Assembly (NCBI GenBank): GCA_965178125.1
Contig: OZ237744.1
Span: 930,001 to 994,000 of the forward strand
DNA length: 64,000 nt
From: Bilabrum cf. latius
Lineage: Eukaryota
Direction: 5' to 3'
The notes under the pieces: model-generated
Database searches by the model: none
Told to the model about the DNA's origin: nothing
The model's input: the letters and a program-made list of their open reading frames with translations, nothing else
Shown here: in pieces, positions 48,501-58,732 of the stretch
Layout: every line of letters starts with the position of its first letter
Numbering within the stretch: position 1 is the stretch's first letter
Translations under genes and position numbers: made by a program

Positions 48501-51348
48501 GGTCTGGCTGTGCTGGCCCATTTAATTGGGCACAAGTCGACTGGAACCATGGCCAAGGAGGGCCTTGGGCGCATCCTGCAGGTCATGCAAAGAGTAGCGA
48601 CTCTAGAGCGGCTGCTCGCTGCGATCCAGGGGCAGACAACGAGTGATCTGGTGGTGTCCACCTCTGCACTGAGAGCCCTGCAGCAGGCCGGTGGACCCGC
48701 ATTTGCCCACGTGCTGCACAATACGCAAGAAGTCGACGAGCAACTGCGAACGGCAGCAGAAAGCAGGGCTATCAGCGGGCCGCGCGCAGTTAAGACCAGG
48801 GATGTTCCCGACTTTGAGGAAGCTGCGCGGCTGCGGAATGAAATCAACATGATGTTTGACGGGATCGACTCTCCGCAGTACTTCAGCTGGACCTTTGCGG
48901 AGACAGGGGCGGGACGCCGCAGCCTGGGTACTTCCAGCCAAGAGGTCGCCACGCAGGCCCTTCGACTCCAGACAGAGCTGGAGCGAAATGCCAGGGAACT
49001 CAAGCGGGTGAGGTAGGCAATTTAGGACAGCAAGGCAGGCGGCGGTGGGCATGGAAGCAGCCAGGAGGGCAGCGCAAGCGGCGCCAGCGCGGATCCGGCC
49101 GCGACTTCGGAGCAGCTGCAGACTGCAGCGATCGGAAAGGCGCTCGGCCTCGACCCGAAGGACGCGGCCTCACCCAGTGCCATCCGTTCCAGAGGACGGT
49201 GCGCCCGCGGCATGCTTGTGGAGCGAATCCTTGGAGTGCCGCAGCAGGTCTTCGAGGCGCTCGTGCTCAGGCCCCTGGTACGGTCTCGGGGTGGTGGATA
49301 GCTGAGAGACACCACTGAGGATGGCTGTGCCCCGCCGCTGCATGAGACCTCATTCCTTTAGCAGCGCTTTGAGCACTCCTTTCCGAGGGGGCTGCCGGAC
49401 GCTTGCATCGCGGCTGCAGACCGCATGGACGACACGCTCAAGAAAGGCCGGGCTGCAGATGGATCGGAGCTCCCAGCCGTCGCATCCGGTGCTGGCGGTG
49501 GAAGCCAATCTACCGGAAAGCGCGGGAGCGTAGAAGGGGAGGGAGCCGGAGCTGCAGCCAGCAGCAAGAAGAGAAAGAGGCGCGGCAGGGGTGGGGATGG
49601 GGGCCGCCGGGGAGGCAAGACGCAGGCAGCCGGCCAGCGGCTAGAGTCGAAAGATGAGGACGAGCTGGACTCTGCCTCGACACCCTCGCCCCCACTGGAC
49701 CTCATCATGGTGGCTGCAGAGTACGGCGCAGGCGAGGGTATGCACATCCATGACTGGCGAGTCGGGCCCGTGCTCCGTGCCGGCAAGGCCATCAAAGACC
49801 TGCAGTACGTGGAGGCAGCCCCATCTCGGTCGACGAGTCGAAGCACCGGTACCAGCTCCGGCAGGCAGAGTCGGTCGTCCGGGCAGCAGAGCTTTCGAAA
49901 TGACTCCAGCACCAGACTGCTTGGGAGTGGCGGAGATTCGTCAAGCGCGGGTGCTGACGCCGACCCCGGCTCTGGCGTGTCTGAGTCTCGGCGCGGCTTG
50001 GGCGGGGCCACCACGGGGGACGATAGCGACGATGAAGTGGACGGAGGGAGCGAAGGAGGCAGGGATGACGTCGAAGGTAGTCAGCCGGACGAGTTGTCGA
50101 AACGAGAGAAGGCAGAGATGCCTCTTGGGATTGTTCCGAAGCCGCCGCTACCGCTGCTGTCCTACTCCCAAAAGGATGCATCTCACGGTGGGCGCCGCAT
50201 GGAGGACTACCGCGTGCGCCTAATCACTGGGACAGAAATGAGGGCGAGAGCCAGACAGCTGGTAAGCCAGGCGAAGTCAGACGTGTTCAAGACCGAGGCG
50301 CAGGCGGCCGGATCCGCCCTTGGGGCAGCCAGGTCGGCCATTCTGCAGCGCGAATGGAGCAAGCATTTCGTGGAGTGCAAGCTATGCGAGCGTTTGTATC
50401 CAACGTCCACCGAGGCGCTGGAAATGCGTTACTGCTCGGAGTGCAGATGCAGCGTGTGCTTCAAGTGCGACTGCAGCGTGTACCACTTGGAGTATCGCCT
50501 GAGCCTGCTGGACCAGCTGGAGGCTACCTAGGAAGAACAGGACAGAAGCAAGGCGGATGCGAAGCGCAGCAAGCGAGCCAAGAAGAAACAAAAGGCCAAA
50601 GAGAAGAGGCAGCAAGCCAAGGAAGAAGCTGAGCGCAAGCAAGCAGGGGCCAAGGCAGCCAGGAAGAAGCGAGCAGCCGAAAGCCAAAGCAAGCTAGCAG
50701 CCAAGCCGGCAAGTGGGCGCGGCGATGAAGCAGCTACAACGGGTCCCTTGGCAGAGTCTTTGTCGTCCAAGTCTGGCGGGCGACCTTTGAAATCGGTGGT
50801 CAGCGGCAAACACGGCGATAGCAAGTCAAAGAGGGTACCCCGGGCGGACGCGGGCGCATCTACTGCATTGGGTATTGGCGGTAGCATGGAGAAGGCCTCT
50901 CGATGCAAGCGGTCCAATCCAGGGTCTGGACAGGGCTCGAGGGACGCATCGAGGTCAGCCTCCCCAAAGATTGAGATCGACGTGCCCTTGATCGTGCGGC
51001 CAACTCATAAGCCGCCGGCCGACAAACCTAGCGCAGCACCAGGGGGCAAGCAGACCCAGCGCAGCTCGAAGCGCCGCGGGAAGCGCAGCAAGCACAAGAA
51101 GACCGGCTCGCAGGGCCAGGCAGAGGTGCGGCCGCCTGAGTTGGATGCCAGGCAGAAGAAAGTGCTTCTGCCAGCCACACAGGCAGCCGCCGCAGCGGAG
51201 AAGGCATAGCCGAAGCAAGGACACCGCAGCTCCGGCCGACCTACCAGTGGTCCCCATTAGTCGTCGCGCTCCAACTCGAAGCAGCCGGCCCTCGTGCCCA
51301 GCATCGGATGGGGCGCCGTGACCGGTGCTGGCTCAGGCTCAGGCTCAG

Positions 51349-51409
<61 letters not shown>

Positions 51410-52367
51410 AGCTGACTCTGGAGCAGTGGGCGTTTCCCAAGCACCGGCTCTGCCCGTGCTCGGCGGAGGTGCTCCGAGCCGTGGGTCTGGTGCACCAGGG
51501 CTGCCCCTTGCCCTGGGCCTGCCCGCGCGACAGAACAGCGCGGGTACGATCGGCTCTAACCTGACCCGGGCCGAGTCCGATCCTCCCATGGGAGTTGGGG
51601 TCGGTGGTCCTGGGATTTGGGAACCTACGCTGCCCCTTCCGCTCCCGGGCCAGCATGCACCTCCTCTCCCGGGCCCGAGCACTGCTGCAGCAGCAGCACA
51701 GTTCCCTGCCGCCAGCGCTGTGATGTCCGCGGGGCCAGGTGCCGGACACGTGCACACAGGGGGGCTCTGGAGCAGCCAGGCTGGACCAGTGGACGCCATC
51801 GGGACCCTCGCACCACCTGGGACGGAGAGCGGCGGCCTCGCTGCTGGCATGCAGGCGCAAGGCCCCCACGCCCACGGCGGGCTGCATGCCTCCCTCCCAC
51901 TTGCCACACCGCTGCAGGGGCAGGGCGCAGGGCTCGGCATGGGAGCACAGAGCCCGCTAGCCGGAGCAGGTATGACAGGAGTCGGCAGCGGTGGAGGCCC
52001 CAGCATGCTGCCCCTGCCTCTGTAGGGGCAGAGCACCGCAGGGGGGTTGCCGCCAAGCACACTGGCTGGCACGCTAGGAGCATCGACTGCCATCGCCACC
52101 GGGGCGGATGTGGCCGTGAGCAGCGGGATCGGGCCCCCTGAGGACGCCGGTCCAATGCTAGGATCGCCCTTCTTGGGAGGGGTGGGCCTGAGCGAGTCAT
52201 TGCAAGGCATGCTCGGTGGGGCCGAGACTGCTAGTGGGCAGGAAAAGACGAGCGCTCGCAGCGCAGGTGATTCATCAGCCGGGCAGATCGAGACGAAGGT
52301 GCCGAGCCTTGGCGTGGAACAGGAGGATTCCAGCCTGGGGCTCTTCAGTTTTGATTCGCTGCAGTAA
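45555..52367 (+). CDS. Large (~2,270 aa) armadillo-repeat protein with importin-alpha-like repeats, a Cys-rich putative Zn finger and low-complexity regions
   Basis: One frame with 14 TAGs; stop TAA. Motifs PALRCVGNVV, KEACWTLSNIAAG, NEACWVVLNA and CKLC..CSECRCSVCFKCDC. Confidence 0.8.
51330..51407 (+). repeat. (GGCTCW)13 hexamer microsatellite encoding poly(Gly-Ser)
   Basis: 3x GGCTCA followed by 10x GGCTCT. Confidence 0.95.
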
Positions 52368-52443
52368 ATCGCGTTCATGAATCGTCTTGGTGTGCATGCC
52401 CTGCCTGGTACACTGAGGTTAGTTTCGATTCTAGATCAATCAG

Positions 52444-52842
52444 TCACTTTCGCATCCTGTCATCGTTCCTAGGGAAACCATCACTATCATCGAGTCCATC
52501 TGTCCTCTCTGGCCTCAAAATCTTGGAAAATACCGTCTTCTGGATGTTCTTGGGCGAGGTCTGCGACGAGGTAGGAGGCAAGCATGGACTTCACGAGGGG
52601 GTTCAGCGAGCAGCAATCGACCATGCACATACCTACGACACAAAAAATTATCATACCTCTGCGTTCACGCTGACTGTGAAAATCGCCATCGCCGCCAAGC
52701 CATACGCTGCGTACCAATACATGATGTTGTTGCCATTGTCTGTGGCCGGCTTCTTGTTCCACCAGCCACCAGTCGGCGTCCATACATACCTAGGGTAATA
52801 AAATCTTCTACCTCCGCCCTAGAGCACCCTCGAGACGCGCAT
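52444..52842 (-). CDS. Small single-TM protein (~100 aa), complex I accessory subunit NUUM/NDUFB6-like; exons 52842-52657, 52560-52444
   Basis: MRVSRVL(Q)GGGRRFYYPRYVWTPTGGWWNK followed by a hydrophobic helix matches the GGG..YP..VW.P.GGWW family. TAG at 52819; intron GTATGA...TCGCAG; stop TGA. Not shown correctly in the ORF track. Confidence 0.75.
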
Positions 52843-52962
52843 ATCAAGCTTCAACTGGCCACTCCCCCGCAGCAAAACAAGAACTGATTTATAAAATATA
52901 CACATTACATTAAATATTATTCGGAGTCGAAATTGTGCAGCGTCACGAGTTGCACCTTCGCA

Positions 52963-55229
52963 ATGGCCTCCGCGTCTGGATCGCGAGTGTCTGCCGGCAA
53001 GTGCCCCGTTCTGTTTATTGGTAAATCTCATTCATTGCCACTGGTGACACCAGAGTTCCCTGTAGCTCTGCAACCTCAGGGAAAGTCGGGGCAAAGATGC
53101 ATGGACTCGATCTTTGAAGAAGTCTCCAAAGCAGGGGTTACAAAGGAGCAATGCTACGTTCTTACTGACGCTCTTCATTACAAGAATTTTGAGCGGTGGG
53201 CAGTTTCGCATGGGCTAGGTGTTGATCACGTAATCAATAGCGGCCGTACCCTCGCCGACAGCAGGTGAGGCACTGGCGACGTCGTACGCAACCCAATAAC
53301 GACCCTGGTGCATCCGGCATCGCACCTTGCGACTGGACGCTCATGCGTTTACGTTTTATTCGCAGCTGCAGCAAAGCTGATTTGCAGGATGCCCTCGCAA
53401 GGGGTGATGTGTTTGGCTCAGGGGTTACGGTGGTTGCAGCCGACGCGCTGCCGGCCGAAGCTGGATCTCTGACATTTGCCATCGGCACCCTTCGTTCCGA
53501 TTTGACGAGAACAGCCGTGCTATCTTGTCCCACCGGACGCAAGCCGGGTGCTCCAGAGAAAGAAGAGGGGACAGCCCCCCGCTGCTTCGCGTGCTCGGCG
53601 CCCGGCCAGCCCGGGCTGCTGTCCGCCCTCTCCGCGGAGAGTCCATCCGGCGCAACTTCCGAGGCAAGAAGCTGCCCCGTCGTGTTTCATTTGAACTCGG
53701 GTGCCTGCGCTGCGCTGGCCGCGGCCAGTCGGGCGGGTGGGCGTGCTGCTCCCACGGGTGCAGCAGGGTCTGCATGCGACGACGGTGCCGATGGACCGGC
53801 GACAGGGGCCGGTGGTGGTGCTGCATTCGAGAGCGCTGCAGGTCGCGTCCCAGGGCCCCTCTCAGCGATCGCTGAGCTGCTGAACGCCAAGGAATGCCCT
53901 GTGTCTCTCCTCGAGACGGAGGCCCCCGTCCTGTCGCTGGGCGCCATGGACGGCACTGTACCCACCCTGGACCCAAGCCCAGCGGGCACTGGGCTCATGG
54001 TGCAGACCCCGCCACCAGGGAGCGTGCACGCCCGAGCGCAGGCACGGGTGGGTCTCATGGGGAACCCTTCGGACGGATACAACGGGAAGAGCGTTTCGCT
54101 CACGCTGGAGAATTTCTGGGTGGACGTGTGGGCCTGGCCCTCTGCCACGACCCGCATCCTGCTGCACCCCCTGTACGACCCCATCGAGTTCAGGTCGCCC
54201 GAGGAACTGGTGGCCATTTCGAAGAGAGAGGGCTACAGCGGGGGCACCAGGCTTCTCATGGCTGCCATCTACAGGTTCTACCGCCAGTGCCAGGAGCACG
54301 GCGTCAAGCTAAGGGGAGACGCGGGTGTCACACTCAAGTATCACACCAATGTGCCGAGGCAAGTTGGACTCGCGGGGTCCAGTGCCATCATCACCGCGAT
54401 CCTGCGCGCACTCGCTGCCTTCCATCGGATCGACACGGACGAGCGGCTGGCGTCCGCTGGCCTGTCCAAGCCAAAGATGCCTGGGTTCGTGCTGGCCATC
54501 GAGAACGAGGAGCTCGGCATCAGCGCTGGCCTGCAGGACAGGGTCGTGCAGTGGTACGAGGGTCTCGTGCACATGGATTTCAACAAGGATGCCATCGATA
54601 GCCTGGGTCACGGGACGTACACGAACCTGAGCACCGGCGTGCTGCCGCAGCTGTTCCTGGCGTACGCCCCCGATCCCTCGGACAGCGGGCGCATCCACAT
54701 GCCGATCCGCAAGCGTTGGCTAGAAGGAGACAAGGAAGTTGTGGCTGCGATGCAAGACATCGCTTCGAACTGCGACGCAACCCGGGAGCTGCTGGCAGAG
54801 GCTGAAGCTAAGAGCACGCCCAAATCAGTGGTGGCCCGCAAGCTGGGAGCGCTTGTCCGGCGCAACTTCAAGGGAAGGCTAGACCTGTTCACGGCCCCTG
54901 CTCTCGGGGACGTCAACCTGCAGATGATCGGCATTGGGGAAGGCCTTGGGGCGGCTGCCAAGTTCCCCGGGTCGGGTGGGGCTGTGGTAGGAGTTGTTGA
55001 TGCGATCGGAATGGCGGCCAAGGGCTCCATCGACTGGGCCGAGGGCGCGGCGATTGCGGACACCGACCTTGCCTCGGTGGCCAAGGAGGTTGTTGGGTAT
55101 GCTGAAGCCTCCGAGCGGGCGCTGGACGCACTGAGAGTGGCGTATTAGGCCAAGGGTTTCGTTTTCGTACCGATTGTACCTCATGGCCCGACGGCCGGTG
55201 GCGGAATGGGTCCCGTGGAGATCGTGTGA
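52963..55229 (+). CDS. Glucuronokinase (GHMP family) fused to an N-terminal nucleotidyltransferase-like region (~721 aa); exons 52963-53264, 53366-55229
   Basis: ARVGLMGNPSDGYNGK, TNVPRQVGLAGSSAI, AGLQDRVVQ, SDSGRIH, AKFPGSGGAVVG; N-terminal HYKNFERWA...VINSG. TAG at 55146 is followed by the expected GFVFVP; stop TGA. Confidence 0.9.
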
Positions 55230-55271
55230 GGTTGCTTGAGATAGGTGGGTTACTCAAAGAATGCAAAGAAA

Positions 55272-57371
55272 TCATCCGGGCCTCCCATGCAACTTGCGTC
55301 CAGCAGGCTGCCCGCCCGCAGCGCCCTAATAACCTGACCCAGCGATCGCACCACCACCCGCACCCGCGATCCACGGCTCCAAGTAAGATTCCCTACCCGC
55401 CGCACCGATGGCCCCGACCATGCTGTCTGCGTATCCGGTGGCCATCGAGACCTCCGCGGCTCCAGCCTTCGCGGCTCCCCGCCCGATCGCTTGCGAACTA
55501 GATGCCCTCGGCAGCGTGCGTGACTCAAGCTTGGCTATCACCTCGGACACCACCTTCGCATCCGCTAGGCTGTCCTCATCCTCGTTCTCGTACGCCTGCA
55601 GCTGCTCGTAGCTTCGCAATAGCGCCCCGTGCAGGTCCTGGATCTTGCGCGACTGGTCCGGGTCCCCGAATCGCGCTGCCAGGCTCTCTGGGGTCTGCTG
55701 CAAGTGCACCTGTACCTGCAGCCGCTGGATCATTTCAAGCGTCACGGACATTGTGGCTCTAAACCGGAGCTGGTCCACGGAGCCCTCCGCAAGGAAGTAC
55801 GAGTGCGCGAATGACCAGCACATGGCCCTCCGAGCTGCCTTGATGGTCGCCAGCATCGAGTTGATCTGGTCCGACACGCGGGGTCCGAGCAGCTTGGCCA
55901 CGGCCGCCTTGTACTGCTTCGGCATGGCTCGCACGGATTCATCGAAGTTGTCTCGGTGGATTGCGAACCGCTTGCCGTACCATCGGATCCTCTCTTCGCT
56001 CTCCACCATGTCGGTCGGACTCGACAGCTCGGCGAACGCATCGGGGGCCTTATCGTCCGTGTTGAAACCTCGGTCCGTACCATCACCGTAAATATCTAGG
56101 GTGGACCAGTCAAATGATGTCCCGCACATTGCGCAAGTGACAAAGTCGCAGCCGCTAATCTTGGTGCAGATGGCACCGCAACCCCTCCATGGGCACTTTT
56201 TCGTGTTGTGCATGGACAAAACCGTTCTATCTGCCTGCGAGTCGCGCCACTTGAATTCGCCAGTTGTCAGCATTTTGGCCGCGTCCCCGATGCTGGTATC
56301 GTACCCCACCGATGTCTCGTATACTTTCACTCGTAGCTTCCACAGCTGAAAGTGCGCGCACCGCATCGGGGCGTGGAACACCTTGTGGCACCCAAAGCAA
56401 TACTCCCTGCCGCAGGTACAGCGCACCCCGACGTTTCTTCGCGTTCCCGCTGCTGGCCAGTAGCTGCGCAGCTCGCACTCCCTGTTCGGACACTCCGTCA
56501 CTAATTGATTTCCCCTCTCGAATCGCCTTGCCAGGATGCTTCTGCACACCTGCAAGTCCTTGGGGGTCAGGAAGTCGGAGTATTGCTAGTAGGCGAGCGG
56601 TTCCGTGCACCCGTGCTGAGGGCATGTGGGGGTAGTAGTCATCGAGGCGGCCAGCACACCCAGGCAGGTCTGCACGTGAGCCCCGTAGCAGTCTCTGCAG
56701 AACCAGTGCCCGCATGCCATGGCATACGCAGCTGCCTCGGTCTCAAGCATGTTGAAACATATCTCGCACATGAGCTCGCCCCGGGCAGCCGCATCTGCAG
56801 GGAAGGAGGACCGGTGCCTAGCTCCAGCGGAATCTGTCCGGGTCAGCTCCCCGGAGAGTGGCACGCCGCTGGCGCTGGTAGTGCCAGCAGCAGTGCCAGC
56901 AGCTGCTTCAGTGCCCTACTCGTTGAACACTGGTTCTATGAACGTCATGTGGAGCTTCCGTTGCAACTACTCTTGCCCCTCGACCGTGCCGAGCGTGCTG
57001 GTCGCCATGTCAGCATCCCAGCCCACTTCCTGCAGAACCCGATCTGCCGCCCCTCTCGTTACGCTGCATTGACTACTTAGCTCTGATACCATTGATAGCC
57101 TTATGTTTGCGAGCTCATCGAGCGAAACGGGCGTGGGTATGGCATCGTTGGCGTCCAGCTTAGACGCCAGCGATGAACTTCCTGCACCACTTGACGCGCC
57201 CGAACCTGTCGCAGCCCCGTAGCTTATTCCCGGTATAGACTCATGATGGGCTGCCAGCGCCAATCCGCCAGCTGCAGCAACACCCGCCTTCTCCATGTCG
57301 GCTTCAAGATCTATGCTATCATCCTCATCGTCCTCAAAGTCCCAATCGTCGTCCTGTCCAGAGTCTGACAT
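55272..57371 (-). CDS. Ariadne-like RBR E3 ubiquitin ligase, paralog 2 (~699 aa)
   Basis: Same architecture as 32269-34422. TAG at 56967, 56916, 56586 and 55326; first TGA at 55272. Confidence 0.88.
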
Positions 57372-57532
57372 GCTGATTTCTTGACAGCGCTAGTACTACC
57401 CTAATCCACGCTACTCAGTATCCTTCGTTGGTACGAAACCAAGTGTACACCGCAGTTTGTGAGCGTTCTCTCTGCTTGGTCGTCACATTTCGAGGCAGCT
57501 CAAATGCGGCCTAAAAAGGCATAAAACTAAGT

Positions 57533-58652
57533 ATGGAATACACGGATGAAATGTTTGACTTCTCACTGTTTGATAAGCCATCAGTTAGGGCTGAGGTCCC
57601 GGGTACGGATCATCTAGAGATCGAAGTAAGTGCTCAGCCGCAAGCAGTTGCGGTAGTTCGTATGCAGTGGGCATACTGTTGAGTCGGCTCTCATTGCACT
57701 AGTCTTGCAGGACTTCAAAGATGTGTACGAGCCCGCCGAAGACACATGGTTGCTTCTAGATTCGCTAGCATCAGAGCTGTCGTCCGATGAGTTGAACGAT
57801 ACCAGGCTTGCCCTTGAAGTTGGTCCAGGATCAGGTGCAATTTCCGCATACGTAGCTCGGGAGTTTGCCTAGAGCCACAAAGCCGCGACTAGGGTGCCTG
57901 TTGCAGTCCTGTGCTGCGATCTGAAGCTGGATGCATGCCAAGCAACTCTGCAGACATCAACGGGAGCTTTGCGGCGACTTGAGCACGCTGCAGTCGCGTC
58001 TACATCCACCGTTGAAGCCACTGAAGCAAGTTGTGAATGCAAATCGCTTTCTTCTCATGCTGAGTTTGATGTCATCCTGCCATCGTTGCCGGAGCCCTCT
58101 ACAGCGGCAACTGGCGGTGCTGCTGCTGGAGCGGGCAGCGCATCGTTACCGTCAGCGGTGTCGCCCTGCTGGCGAGCACCCCTCGAGGTTGTGTAGGGTG
58201 ATCTAGCGTCATGCTTGCTGCCTCGCCTGGCTGGTGCGGTCGACCTGCTGCTGTTTAATCCCCCGTATGTGCCCTCCCCTGAGCACGAGATAGGAGCTGA
58301 CAAGGCCGCGGCTGCATGGGCAGGGGGCCTCCACGGCCGCCAGGTAATCGACCGGTTCCTTCCCATCATGGCAAAGCTTCTATCTGCTCGCGGCAGGGCG
58401 TACGTGGTGCTAGTGCGGGAGAACAAGGTGGGAGAGGTGGCGAGGGCGGGGCTCGCGCTGGGCCTCAGCTGCGGCCGAGTGGCAGGCACCAGGGCAATGA
58501 ACGAGAGACTCATGGTAGTCAAGTTTCAGAGAATCGAAGGGGGAGAGAAGACGATGGGAGGTGCGGGCGCAGGTCCTGGCCCGCACGAAGGTGCAGGTGC
58601 AGAACGTGGTGCAAGTTGTGCAAGTGAGGCAGCAGCTGGTGGCGCTTCCTAA
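57533..58652 (+). CDS. N6AMT1: HemK2/N6AMT1 (Mtq2) eRF1 glutamine methyltransferase (~344 aa); exons 57533-57625, 57711-58652
   Basis: VYEPAEDTWLLLD, LEVGPGSG, DLLLFNPPYVPS, AWAGGLHGRQVIDRFL. Intron GTAAGT...TTGCAG. TAG at 57870 and 58194; stop TAA. Confidence 0.93.
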
Positions 58653-58732
58653 CGATCGCATTGTGACAGCGTTAGACTTGCAACGAACCCTCTTGGCTTG
58701 AAGGAAGGATTTTCATGCACATCATGTTCCTG

